Positions 12,549 to 24,109 of a DNA stretch of 64,000 bases are shown here, piece after piece. Each line of letters opens with the position of its first letter. Position 1 is the stretch's first letter. The stretch is from Epithemia pelagica (Eukaryota > Protista > Bacillariophyta): the NCBI GenBank assembly GCA_946965045.2, contig OX337241.1, positions 372,001 to 436,000 of the forward strand, read 5' to 3'. Under the pieces are notes generated by a model. It was not told the origin of the DNA. It worked only from the letters and a program-made list of their open reading frames with translations, and ran no database searches. The position numbers and the translations under genes were made by a program.

Positions 12549-13105
12549 ATTCAAGTCAAAGGGAGGAAATACTGTAAACAAAGCCCTCTTAGATCCTTTG
12601 GCAAATTCAATAAAGCTTTACGAGACACGCTGATTGTCGGAGAGGCGACTTCCGGTCTCAGACGCTCTACTACAATTCTACAACAGCCTTTTGTTAACCT
12701 CTATATGAAAAAGAACTATATATTTCATGAGATCGTAGCAGGATGTGACTCCTCCTGCTCCTTCTAGTAAAAGTAATAACATACCCTCAAGGATATATCT
12801 ATGGATATTTCAGAGCTCGATTACGCAAAAGGCGGAAACATGCCCAACACGTAAAGCTTGAAGACAAGGAGAATTGCCAGGGAAAGTGATTGCAAAGTTT
12901 CCAAAAATCACAATCCCAGTTGTCGGCAGATTTATGCATCATGGAAAAGAGAAAAAAGGCGTTATGAATGGTAGACGGAATGTCAACTAGGCTATGAGGT
13001 GCTTTGGGCCCCGAGGTAGGAGAATTATGAATTGCGTACGCATGCAACAATAACAACAACAATGTTGAGCAGGCTTGTTGTCGTTTGTTGTGCGTTTGGC
13101 TGTGA

Positions 13106-15180
13106 TTACGCGCTATGAAAGTATGAACGTTGCGCCTGCAGAGGAGTGGCCAACAAACGTTGGACAAGTGGAAAACAAGTCTTTCCCCTACGCGTTGGAC
13201 GAGCACGACACGGTGATGTTTGTTCTTTCGAAAGGTCCATAGGATTGGTTCGCAACAGTTGAAGCGTCATGGACGCCATGTGATCGTTGTTCGAGGAGGA
13301 TTGAGCCATTTGCAAACAGGGAACCGTGCTCGTGACTGGATCGACCAGTCCAAACTCTCAAGAAAGGAATGAACCTAGTTGTGAGTCGCCACCCACAATG
13401 CGACACACTCTTGTTGCCCATTACCGTCGTTGCTTGCTAGTGATAAAGCCTTGTTGGGTCCTGGTTTAGACAGTCCAGATGACAATGCAAGGGCAGTCGC
13501 CCATGTTCATCGCGAACATGACTGGCATCTGGATACAATCGAAGCAAGGTTTGAATCCACTGGACTCAAACCTCAATGTTGCGGTCTATCCTGGTAGCAG
13601 TCGTAGTTGCTGCGTGGCCATTTTTGATGGCACCAAGGGCAAAGGGTGCAGGAATCGAAGTACGTACTGTCACGGCATGATGCAAGGGTAATTGGCCATT
13701 ACTGTGTGGTGGCCGTTAGTTGTTGTGGTTGTGGTTGCGTGGCCGTTCTTGATGGTGCCATTGTCAAGCGTTACAGGAATCCAAGAGCAAGGGTAACTGG
13801 CCATTGTTGTCGCGCAAGCGAACTTGCTCTGGAAATTTCCACAACAGATACTAGTCCATGAGAAACCATGGAAGGGTGGTGGTGGTAGGAGCAGTGCCGC
13901 TGTCATTGGTGATTGGAGTGTCTCGAGTAGTGCGAGCATTGCTCCGGCCAAAGTCCGAACCGGAGCAGGGCGATTGGTGGATGCTGGTGTCATTCCAGGA
14001 AGTGGGCCACAGCAGAGCTTGAGGAGTCCTTGTGGTTGTTTGAAAGTTGTATTTTCATTGAACCAACGTGTGGCATTCAAGAGGAGTACATGCGCGGAAA
14101 AACTTGATACTCGATGCGATAGGAATGGCCATTGAATTCATGAATTTTTCGGCATTGTCGGTCTCCTCTTCCAGTGTCTGTTGGAGCAGTTGTTGGGGAT
14201 GTTTGAACGCCTTGATCGACAAGGAGTACCAGGACACGACAAACTCCCGCAACAAGTATTCCATCCATTGCGCCAAGGCTTGTTGCATGCGTGGATGCGG
14301 TAAAGGAGGGTCCCTATACCTGCGTCATGGCTTCCAAGGCTCACGTGCCATGTTCCAATCGATATCGATTGCTGGTTGCGAGGATGATGCTCGAGACGAG
14401 GAGACATGTCCACGCAACCAGGCGGTCGCTGTCGTACTGGTGGTTACTGTATCGCCTGTGGCTGCTGATTGTTGGTATTGCGATTGTGCATGTTTTGGAG
14501 GCTAGGTTCGACCGCAAATCGTCCTCCTCCTCTTTTTGGTGATTCTGTTTTCGGTGGTATTGCGGTGGTAATCGCCACTGGATTCTGGATTGGAATTGAC
14601 TATACTGTGGATCCATGTCCTGGTCATCATCCTCATCATGATGATCACTGTGGTTGTGGTTGTCCTCCAAACGAAATTCAAATGTTTCTGTTTGGCAGTG
14701 GTTTGGATTCGTTTTCTTTCGTTGTTCCTGCCGACACTCCAACGGACCCCTTGTTGGTATCGCCTGGTGGGCTTGTCGTCCAGGCACAAGGCGGAGGAAC
14801 CTTGATGTTTTTGTGGTTGTTTTGTTGTCATTGTCCTGGGTACTACTAATATCAGAAGGACTGACGGAGGGGAACGACGTAATAGAAACCGCAACGGTTG
14901 TTTCTCCAAGGTCATTGTTGTTGGGACGATTCATGGATGGATGGTCCTTGCTAGAAGCAGTCGTGTCTACCATGGTCGAACCACAAACTAAAAAGGCCGA
15001 GGGGATGGGACATGGTATCACCCCCCAGCGAGGGTGGCTTTGAGGTTGTAAGTACACTAGTTTTTGTGGCGGACAAAAGGAGGACCGTAGGAAGGACGAC
15101 GAATCATTCGTCATGCTGCTGCTGCTGCTGCTTCTGTGGACTGGATCTGGCTTTGGCTTTGGGGCGTCGGCAAGAGCCAT
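13106..15180 (-). pseudogene. Degenerate ankyrin-like repeat gene (diatom G-x-LPLH family)
   Basis: Read through stops, one minus frame gives YLLWKFPEQVRLRDNNGQLPL, NGQLPLHHAV and IQTLLRLYPDASHVRDEHGRLPLH. A shifted frame gives the C-terminal DPVTSTVPCLQMA...TLQLLRTNP. Seven in-frame stops lie at 14325, 14055, 13851, 13764, 13716, 13566 and 13437. The 5' extent (ORF 15180-14341) is uncertain. Confidence 0.65.
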
Positions 15181-15874
15181 GGCGACGGTGGATCACCAGA
15201 AGCAACAGACTCACTCCATCAGCGTCATGTGAGAGAGAGAGTGACAGAGAGCGAATGCAAAACAATCGAGGAATCGTCACACGTCGTGCGTGCGTTTGGG
15301 AGTGGTATTGCTGGTTGCCTGCTGGTATATCTTGTAGAGAAGAATCACCGATTCGAGGAGGGTTGCTCTATATTATTATGATAGCACAGCAGGAGAGGAA
15401 AACTGCAAGAGCAAACACTCGCAGCTCGCAGCAATCGTTCGGATCGTCATTGTCGTTGGAAGCAAATTTGGAGCACGTTGGTTGATTTGAAAGCTACTTC
15501 GGAATAAAGTGCTAGATTTTAGACGGGCTATCGTGGGGGCACTTACGTGCGGCTGTGGAGTCTACGACTGTTGGGATTGGGGTGCGGTGACTCCGGGTCG
15601 CTGCACAACGCAATACATTCAGATGTCCGTCATCAGTCAGTCATGAAGTCAGTCAGTCCGTGAAAGAAAACGCCGGGCGGATATTTTTGGAAATACGCGA
15701 CCGAGACTGTTTGTCAAAACCGCGGTCGGTTGGATCGGGATTTTTGAGGGAGAGAGGCAACAACACCACTCCTTTGTTTGGAGAACAAATCATAGAAAGA
15801 GGAGGAGGAACGCCACCGAGTCCAACGACCATTCGTGTTGTCGTTCGTGCTGCTGCTGGTTCGTTGGAACAACG

Positions 15875-17761
15875 ATGACAATGACAAGGAACCATGAAGC
15901 CAAGACCAAGAACAACAATACAAAGAAAAAGAAAACTCGAACAGCAGCAGTTATCTCACCAGTGGCCCATGCCTTGGTGGCTGGCACCATTGTGCAATGG
16001 GCCATTTTGTGGACCGTCAGTACCCTCCTCCTGGACTCGTCGTCGTCTTGGTCCTCGTTGCCAATGGTACGAAGTACCCTGGCCGATCATAGCGGTACTG
16101 GAAGGAAGGATCCAACACCCAACGACAAGAATCATCATGCCAACAAGCAGAACTACGCACATGACTCGGCATCAGTGGCCTTGAAGAACGACGAGGACGA
16201 CAACGACGACAACGACTTGCCCATTTTGATGGTGAGTGGTTCCGATGGCAGTGGCACGCGCCTGGTGGTGGACCTCTTGGGTCGATTGGGTGTGCCCATG
16301 ATCTTGGACAATGCCGCCACGGCCGATGTCGATGCTTCCGTCTTGTTCAATGGACAAGGATGGCCCCCCTTGGTTCAGGCCGTCCTACAAACCACGCACA
16401 GTGCCAATTACGAGTGGAACCATGCGGATTTCAATGCCTCGCAACAAGCCATGGTGCAACAAGCGCTGCACGACTTGCATGCTTCGTATCACCCCCGGGG
16501 ATACGCCTTGCGACAGCAAGGACTCCGACAAGGCATGGCCGTGGCCCGCAAGGTGGCCTATGGATTCAAGGCACCCATTACCCTCGTCTTGTGGCCCCTC
16601 TTTGCCCAGTTTTACGGCAGTAACAAGAAGAAGAAGAACCAGATTCGCGTGTTGCATGTGGTTCGCGATGGACGCGATGTCGCGCTGAGTTCCAATCAAA
16701 GTCCGGTCCAAAAGTTTTACAACAGCATGTATGGACGCCATGAGAATACGACTACCACCACCACAGCACCACTGCCATGGACCGAACAAGATCAATCCCT
16801 CGCGGCCATGCACTTGTGGAACGATTGGAATGTCCAAGCCTACCAGTGGGCGCAACAACAGCAACAACTCAACGACGACGATTCAGTTTCGTACCTGGTG
16901 CTTCGGACCGAAGATTTGTTGCATCCCACGACACGATTGGCCAGTTTGCATCGCTTGGCCGACTTTGTCGGATCGCCCCGCCAACCGCCGGAAGTGTGTT
17001 GTTTGAGTCAGCATGGCGTCCTTCACGACATGGGCAAGTCGGCTCCCGGACCGGCCATGACGAGTACCACAACCACAACCACATCCAGTCGAACGAACAA
17101 GAACGGCAAGGAATGGCAGGCCTTACCGGCGGCTCACCAACTCCGTCTCCATCCAACGGCACGACGGGAGGAAGATGTACCCTACAAATCACAACCACAA
17201 CAACCACAACGAGGACGACGACGTTTGAATGAGGCTCCTTGGCCGGCCTTGGACCACCGCCACCACGACTACAACCACAAGCGATTCCACCACAATCCGC
17301 ATCCTGTCCATCCATCATTTCCATTTCAACCGGGAGTCAATGTACCACCGTGGAACCAAGACATGGTACATCACAAAAAGGCCTTTCATCCATCTCTGGG
17401 TACTGGTCAAGCGAATTGGGTGCCGATCACGGAACATGTCAAGTGGGATACCATGGTGGAGAAATTAACACGCACGCGCATGAAACATGCCCCCATTCCC
17501 TTGCAAAGTTGTAGCAAGAACAGCAAGAACCACAACAAGAACAAGAACCAACAGTCGCGACGAGCCGAAGCCGCCTTGAATCAACGCTATGGCAAATGGA
17601 AACACCGATTGGAGGGTCACCCGGAATGGAGCCGTCAGTTGCATACGGCAGGGGCCACTGGATTGGCCCTCTTTGGCTATGAGCCATATGTGCAAGACTG
17701 GTCTATTACCAATCATGGGAATATGGTTCCGGACACGACCATGGACGAGTGCTCTTTGTAA
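15875..17761 (+). CDS. Sulfotransferase-family protein with a probable signal anchor
   Basis: 628-aa ORF. 5'-PSB-like loop ILMVSGSDGSGTRLVVDLL; YGFKAP; 3'-PB LHVVRDGRDVALS; LRTEDL. N-terminal hydrophobic segment ALVAGTIVQWAILWTVSTLLL. Confidence 0.8.
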   Translation: MTMTRNHEAKTKNNNTKKKKTRTAAVISPVAHALVAGTIVQWAILWTVSTLLLDSSSSWSSLPMVRSTLADHSGTGRKDPTPNDKNHHANKQNYAHDSASVALKNDEDDNDDNDLPILMVSGSDGSGTRLVVDLLGRLGVPMILDNAATADVDASVLFNGQGWPPLVQAVLQTTHSANYEWNHADFNASQQAMVQQALHDLHASYHPRGYALRQQGLRQGMAVARKVAYGFKAPITLVLWPLFAQFYGSNKKKKNQIRVLHVVRDGRDVALSSNQSPVQKFYNSMYGRHENTTTTTTAPLPWTEQDQSLAAMHLWNDWNVQAYQWAQQQQQLNDDDSVSYLVLRTEDLLHPTTRLASLHRLADFVGSPRQPPEVCCLSQHGVLHDMGKSAPGPAMTSTTTTTTSSRTNKNGKEWQALPAAHQLRLHPTARREEDVPYKSQPQQPQRGRRRLNEAPWPALDHRHHDYNHKRFHHNPHPVHPSFPFQPGVNVPPWNQDMVHHKKAFHPSLGTGQANWVPITEHVKWDTMVEKLTRTRMKHAPIPLQSCSKNSKNHNKNKNQQSRRAEAALNQRYGKWKHRLEGHPEWSRQLHTAGATGLALFGYEPYVQDWSITNHGNMVPDTTMDECSL

Positions 17762-19387
17762 ACGCCAAGACAAAATCATCCTTCGACAGATACTACAGAT
17801 ATATATCTGCTGGGTATCATGCCAAACAGCAGCCGACAACAACAAGGCATTGGGGGATGCCGGTTACCGCTACCTACCTAGTCCTGTACTCCTAGTAGAA
17901 ACCTGACTGCATCTTGCCATGGCATGTTCGGTACCCATTTGGTTGTCGCGGTGATCTGCGGACAATGACAACTGTTGGTTTGGTCGCTGTTGCTGTTGTC
18001 ATTCGGGTCAAGGCAACTATTCGTACTCTCGACGCTCACCCGTTGCTTGGAAAAGACTCGTGTCGCCTATTCCGTTTTCAAGGTGCCGCCTCTTCCACCC
18101 GTTCTGGAAAATCTCTGTCACTTTATTCCACCTCTCCTCCCTTGTTCCAATCCATTCGAAAATGCTATACAAGGCCTTGGCCAGAATGGCCTGTTCGAAG
18201 GAGACAAAGCATTCTGACCAGTGGCTCGTCAATCACCAATCAATCAATGTGTGTTTGTACATGAGCATGAAAACGTCAATGCCCGAGACAAGTACGCATG
18301 AGGATTGTTGCAATAATGAATACCAGCCTTGTGGATAGATGTGAGAACTCTGGCTTGTCAAAAGCTGGAATGCATCCTACTTCTTCTGTCTCATGTCTGA
18401 TGCCTGCCATCATGTTTTCTGCACCCAATAGTACTAAGATTCTGAGCCACATATTATTGTCGAGGTACTTCCCGCAAAGCCCGTCCGAGACGGGAGTCTC
18501 CGTCTCCCGGCATCAGTCGACATTCGGCATTCGGCATGTCTCCGTGTTCCGTGTGCATAGTGCATATGCATGCGTTGCTTTCTTGTTTCTTGTCCATCCA
18601 TCATCCATGATGATCCATGGTTAATTATGATAAAGGTTGACTTTCATCATGATGTTTCTTTCTAGATGATGGATAATGGCCTTTGTAATAAAATCGCTTC
18701 CTTTCTGCTTTCTGCTTTCTGATATTTCTTGCCGATCGACGCCATTCTTCCGTGATAGCGCAATTATACTCCCTAGCGTTTCATGATGTATTACAGATGA
18801 AAATCAAAATTTCACCCTGCTTCGAACGCTCAGGATTGTTGATTTTGTACGCGACTGGTCCATGGACACGCAGAGGACGCAGCATTTTCCGGTTTCCGGT
18901 GTGTCTTCTTTCTCGACTATAGACATCTGAGTTCTCTTCCGTCTTTTCTCACCATGAAGAGAGAAAAGAAGAAGTATGAAACAAAGAAATAAGCCGCACG
19001 GAGAGAAACATCAGAAAGGCCTCCAACCTCCAATATCAACCACCGATCCTGTCCAACCGATTGTGTGAAAGGAACAGAAGACTCCAAAGAAGTCTACATC
19101 GGAAATCGGAGGGTACTATCAAAACTCACCGTTCGTACAATGCCCATTCGCCGCTTCCTTCCACATACGACATCTATGACTTTCCGACTTTCGACTCCAC
19201 ATCCACGAACCAACAAACTTACAACGTACCACTGATGCTTCCGAATAGTGATGTCATTGGTACCTTTGAGCCTAGTATCCAATCAGCACCAAATGAGATA
19301 CCATTTCCATGGTCTCATAAAAACCAAGAACGGCAAAAGCTCTCACAAGCCAATCGGTTCATTTTGCTGCAGTCCATTCCTTTCATC

Positions 19388-19891
19388 ATGTTTATCTCCA
19401 AGATTGCTACTTTGTTTCTCCTCTCCGCATTGCCAACCAGTTTCGCTGATGAAGAAGAGTTCATTTTGCAGGCGAGTGGCCCTTGTGAAACATCCGCGGG
19501 CCAAACCGGATGGAAATATACGTTGAGTGTATACCCCGAACCCGTGGATGACGACGGTCCATCTACGAACCAAGTGGAAATCGAGTTGGACATTGAAAAG
19601 CCCGTCCCGCAAGGGGAACTGCAAGATTTGGCGGAGTATACATTCACCGTGAACCTCTCGTACGACATGGCCGAGCACGAGGCCAAGAGTCAAGTGGCAC
19701 GTTTGATCCAACCTTTGGATTCTGAAGATCCTCCAGAGGCCGAGGTTGCCGTCGAGTGGACCACCGACTTTACTCCGGCTGAGGATGGTGTTGCCGAGTT
19801 TACCGCCATGGCTGTGAACGAGGCGAATACGGTGGTCTGCAGTGTGACGATCCGCGACATGGATGGAGCTTTTGCCGCCATTTTTTCTTAA
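19388..19891 (+). CDS. Small secreted acidic protein of unknown function (167 aa)
   Basis: First plausible ATG at 19388 starts the signal peptide MFISKIATLFLLSALPTSFA, followed by an acidic, beta-rich domain. The ORF-track start at 19061 is a TTG. Confidence 0.6.
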   Translation: MFISKIATLFLLSALPTSFADEEEFILQASGPCETSAGQTGWKYTLSVYPEPVDDDGPSTNQVEIELDIEKPVPQGELQDLAEYTFTVNLSYDMAEHEAKSQVARLIQPLDSEDPPEAEVAVEWTTDFTPAEDGVAEFTAMAVNEANTVVCSVTIRDMDGAFAAIFS

Positions 19892-20353
19892 AGAACGTAT
19901 GAAAAGCTTCCGGTTTTCGTGAGATAGAGCAAGTATAGTTTGGTTCAATGCATCGGAACTCACCATGGCAACGAGCAATTCATAGTCAAACTACTCCTTA
20001 GAAAGATATATTACAACTACTCCTAGTCATATTCTAATGCACGCTTTATAAAGGTTAGCATATGAATTTGAAGCTTATGGAAACAGCAGTCACTAAAATC
20101 GTCACAGTTCTTGTGCTTCACAATCCGATTGCTTTAAATTTTACGAAAATGACAAAGATTGTGCTGTCTGGTCCGTTGCGTTTTCGCCGCGTGAGATTGC
20201 GCGATGACTGCTACCGACTCGGAATCAATGGATGGGCGGTTCAGCAATGCAAGCGTGTGTTTTGGACGATCGGCCTTTCGACACCGTTTCGAATATCTTT
20301 GTCGATGAATTAAGTAAATAGTCATGGTCGGGTATATAAGAGGCCTTGTTGAT

Positions 20354-23300
20354 TTAGTTTCTTCTCGACTTGTCGTCGATCAAGGTTTCCCAGACCCATT
20401 CGACAATGGTACTCGTCGTGTTGGTGGGAAGTGCTTGAACGGTGGATCCTTGTTCGAGAGAAAAGTGTCGTTGCACCGTTTCCAAGTCAAATAGCTGTCC
20501 ATTGCATTGAATCGCGGCCGAGCCCGTGGGAGTATAGTACTGATTGGAACTGAGACCAAACGACGAGTTTTCACAAGCACTGTACATGGTTCCCACAATG
20601 ACGAGTGCGGCGGATGCATTCCTCCATGATGAATGGTGATGACTCTTGCGGCTCCTGCTCCTGCTTTTGGGACTGTCATTGTGTTGTTGTTTCATGCGTC
20701 GTCGCGGTGACTGCGATAACAGAAGCGGTGGACGAAACATAGATGAATGTTCGGAACACATAGGATCACCACATCCCTGATGATAAGGATGAGAATCTCC
20801 TTGGAGACCCACCAGACACTTGTTGCGTCGCATGGCATGTCCATGACCAGGCAAAAAGTTGGCCACTTCAAAACAGTCACTATGATTCAAACCATACGAC
20901 AAGACGAGATTGTCTTCAAACACGCTATCGTGACCCCCATAATCCATTTTGAATCCCTTGGCGTCATAAAAGACATTGCGATAGATATGATACCACGACG
21001 ATCCATCGTCATTGTCCACCCCTTGACTGGCCCCATAATTGGCAAAAATCAAATTGTGACGAATGATTCGAGGAATGGGATCAAAGCTGGGGGTGTCAGT
21101 CCCATACCGCAACGTGGTGAGAAAGGGTTGTCGGTCCCAGGTATTACTGGGTCCATGATCACCACTTTCACGACACGTGTTGAAAATGAGATTGCCTTCC
21201 ACAATGTCACCCCCACCCAACATGTCATTGAAATTAATCGCGGCACGGGGCATGTTGAACATGATATTGTTGCGAATGGTAGTCATGGCCGCCTTGCACT
21301 GTCCCACAGCCGACGATTGCTTTTGGTAAATGCCCAACTCCCGCATCAGATTGTGTTGAATGACCGTGTACATGGGAAAGTTTTCTTCCGTACCATCGTA
21401 ATCCTTGGTCTCGCCCCACGTGGCAATGGCATTTTCTCCCAACCAGCCAAAGGAATTGTGTTCAATCGTGACGTGACGAGTCTTTTGGGACAGGAAAATG
21501 GCCGTCCCATCCAACTTTTCAAACCTACAATGTCGAATGGTAATATTGGACACGTTTTGCAGAAAAATGGCACCATTGCGATGCAAACTCCAATCGCCTC
21601 CACTGGGTGCCGACCAGTCGGGAGCCAGATAGGTGCTGGCAGTTTCCCGAAATCCCAGGTTTTGAATCGTCACGTCCTCGACGCCATCTCGCAAGTCCAA
21701 CAAACGTTCCAACCATCCCAGACGGAAATCTTGGACCCACTCATCATTGTTTACCGTGTGTGTGTCATTGGTGTCTTGGTTACTGTCAGTACTATGATCA
21801 TTCTTGTTCGTAGTGTCGTTGTTTTCGTCGTCATGGCTGTCTGTAATCCTTGTTTTGTTGGGGATGACATAGAGAATCAAGTCTTGTCGATCCAAAAAGT
21901 ATTCTCCCGGTTGATCCAATTCGTCCAAGACATTTTCCACCATCCACGTGCCACTAATGAGACGGGTATCCTTCCATGGCTGGGTTGCATCGTGTTGTCC
22001 ACACCAGGATGCCGCATAGGTACATTGATCGCACCGACACCAATTCCGTCCGCCCTGTCGTCCTCCACCGGGAGCAAATTGCAATCGGCCGGTTGTTGGA
22101 CCATTTGGTGCGGGATCCAGACCATGATCCTGATGGGTAATTTCAAACATGTGCATGGACCATGTTTGGGAATGCCACGCATGGACAATGCCACCCGTCC
22201 AATTGGGACCATGCTGATGGTTCCTGTCGTCGTGAGGATAATGATGGGGATAATCGGGTCGTTCTTGCAAGGCTGTGAGATTGTACGTCATGGAGAGGGG
22301 CAATTGCAAGTGACCTGTTTGGGCACACTCTTGATCGACTTCGGCCCATCCACCTTGGGAATGATTGGAACACCAATAGGATGGAAAGGGACCCCACATA
22401 TCTACGCAGACTCCACCGACGCCACTGGCATAGCCATTGTATCCGGACATGGCGGAATTGTTTTTGCGGGGCACACTACTACTATTATTGGAGGGCGTGT
22501 CAAAATTGATCCAGGTAAACTGCGGAGGACGACCCGGCGGTGGTCGATGCCATTCCACGACGGCCGCACTGTCAATCGAGTACTGCAGCTTGTGCGGAGA
22601 GGCATAGCCCCATTGGTCCAGTTCGGGATTGGCATTGGGCCATCGGGCTCGGACATAGCGAATCGATTCGTCGTTGTCGTGGTGTCCGGCAAAGAGGGAG
22701 ACCAATTTCGGAACGTCCACGTCATGGACGGAGGAATGGTCGTCGTTCTTTTTATTGGTGTCCTTTGGATCGTCGTCTCTGCTCTGCTGTTGCAGGTCGT
22801 TATCGCCACCACCCATCCTGGTCTCTGATGCACTACTAGCACTTTGAGAATGAGTCTTGCGGTTCCACTCCAACCACCAGTCACGGAGATCAAGGGCGTA
22901 GATTGTATTAGATTCCCTCTTTTTGTTTCTGGTGGTGGGTCGTTGGGTTTGTTGTTGTTTCTGTGGGAGTTTCCCAGTGCTGCTACTGCTATTCCTGCGA
23001 CTATTAGTATGCCCCCGCCTTGCTAGTTGTGGAGATTGTGCGGTTCTTTTTCTTGTTGGTTTGGTTGTGATTGCTTTTGCTGTCGTGACGACTCGTCGAC
23101 TTCCCACAATCCATGCCGAGTGTCCGGGCATGGCTTGAATCGTCACGTGACTGTGCCATGGTCCGTGCAAGACCAACGGCCGCGTCAATTCGTAAATGCC
23201 CTCGTGCAACCACACGTGAATACAAGAACAACACACAGTCGTACCAGAATGGGTCCCATTGGCTGTGGAATGGGTACTACGAGTCGTGGGTTTGTGCTGC

Positions 23301-24040
23301 TCTGGTTGTGGCTGTGTAGCAACCTCGTGGGAGTGTCGTCGTATTCGAGCCACATGGTCCAAGGCTTGTTGCAACCCAGGCCATGGACGATGCCGGGATC
23401 CATTGGGTGCGGCTCCTTTCTCGTCTGTTTCGTTCTGGTCGTTTTCGGCATGGTTCTGGGGGACGCGGGAACCATGACGAGACTGACGAGAAGAATACGT
23501 GGCTTGCACATGAATGGAATGAGAGGAGAGTCTTGTCTTGTTTCCGTCGTCCTCTTTGTCGTCATGGAAATGATCCGGCTGGTGGAGGGTCGGACAAGAA
23601 CAGCTCGTCGTGGGGGAAGAACGAGGAACGTCGTCTTGTGGTTGTGGTTGTGGGGAACTTTGGGTGTGCCTCCTATTCCAATCAGAGTCTTGTCGTCGTT
23701 GTCGTGATGGCAATTCGGGGGGACACAGGTCGGCCAACCTCAAGGCATTCTCGACCAAACCGAGCCACGAATCATGAAAATGACGATGAGGAGCAGTCGG
23801 GTAGTGATCACGAGCATCCCACTCCTCCTCCAGCTTGTTCGTGTGGTGGTGGTTGGCATGCTCTAGGGCACTGTCCTCGGAATGCTTCTCGACGGCGTCT
23901 TGTCGTGGTGGTGGTGGTTTTTGTGGATCTTCCCACTCTTTTTTTTTGCGAAACTTGAAACGACGACCACGACCAGGATATATTGCTCGTGGAGTTACCT
24001 TATTGTCGGTGGTGCTGGTCCAGCAGTTCGTTGGGTCCAT
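20354..24040 (-). CDS. Right-handed parallel beta-helix protein (pectin-lyase fold, GH141-like)
   Basis: About 1228 aa from ATG 24040. Motifs VWLHEGIYEL, RARWPNANPE, VENVLDELDQPGEYFLD, CRESGDHGPSNTWDR and DNDDGSSWYHIYRNVF. The true start is uncertain. Confidence 0.75.
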   Translation of the reverse strand: MDPTNCWTSTTDNKVTPRAIYPGRGRRFKFRKKKEWEDPQKPPPPRQDAVEKHSEDSALEHANHHHTNKLEEEWDARDHYPTAPHRHFHDSWLGLVENALRLADLCPPELPSRQRRQDSDWNRRHTQSSPQPQPQDDVPRSSPTTSCSCPTLHQPDHFHDDKEDDGNKTRLSSHSIHVQATYSSRQSRHGSRVPQNHAENDQNETDEKGAAPNGSRHRPWPGLQQALDHVARIRRHSHEVATQPQPEQHKPTTRSTHSTANGTHSGTTVCCSCIHVWLHEGIYELTRPLVLHGPWHSHVTIQAMPGHSAWIVGSRRVVTTAKAITTKPTRKRTAQSPQLARRGHTNSRRNSSSSTGKLPQKQQQTQRPTTRNKKRESNTIYALDLRDWWLEWNRKTHSQSASSASETRMGGGDNDLQQQSRDDDPKDTNKKNDDHSSVHDVDVPKLVSLFAGHHDNDESIRYVRARWPNANPELDQWGYASPHKLQYSIDSAAVVEWHRPPPGRPPQFTWINFDTPSNNSSSVPRKNNSAMSGYNGYASGVGGVCVDMWGPFPSYWCSNHSQGGWAEVDQECAQTGHLQLPLSMTYNLTALQERPDYPHHYPHDDRNHQHGPNWTGGIVHAWHSQTWSMHMFEITHQDHGLDPAPNGPTTGRLQFAPGGGRQGGRNWCRCDQCTYAASWCGQHDATQPWKDTRLISGTWMVENVLDELDQPGEYFLDRQDLILYVIPNKTRITDSHDDENNDTTNKNDHSTDSNQDTNDTHTVNNDEWVQDFRLGWLERLLDLRDGVEDVTIQNLGFRETASTYLAPDWSAPSGGDWSLHRNGAIFLQNVSNITIRHCRFEKLDGTAIFLSQKTRHVTIEHNSFGWLGENAIATWGETKDYDGTEENFPMYTVIQHNLMRELGIYQKQSSAVGQCKAAMTTIRNNIMFNMPRAAINFNDMLGGGDIVEGNLIFNTCRESGDHGPSNTWDRQPFLTTLRYGTDTPSFDPIPRIIRHNLIFANYGASQGVDNDDGSSWYHIYRNVFYDAKGFKMDYGGHDSVFEDNLVLSYGLNHSDCFEVANFLPGHGHAMRRNKCLVGLQGDSHPYHQGCGDPMCSEHSSMFRPPLLLSQSPRRRMKQQHNDSPKSRSRSRKSHHHSSWRNASAALVIVGTMYSACENSSFGLSSNQYYTPTGSAAIQCNGQLFDLETVQRHFSLEQGSTVQALPTNTTSTIVEWVWETLIDDKSRRN

Positions 24041-24109
24041 TCCTGTTCTTTCGAACGGCAACAACTATACCACAGCGCTCCACAGAACCACACACAACAC
24101 AACACAAAA

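Noticed and set aside
14210-14288. EYLLREFVVSWYSLS resembles the start of a PXA domain
   Set aside because: A short match only. The same frame continues into ankyrin-like repeats and no other PXA motifs follow.
18481-18570. Short inverted and direct repeats (GAGACGG...CCGTCTC, TGCATATGCA, CATTCGG x2)
   Set aside because: Stems of 7 bp or less with no clear element boundaries; compatible with chance.
20747-22828. 693-aa plus-strand ORF
   Set aside because: Antisense shadow of the beta-helix gene, with no recognisable motifs.
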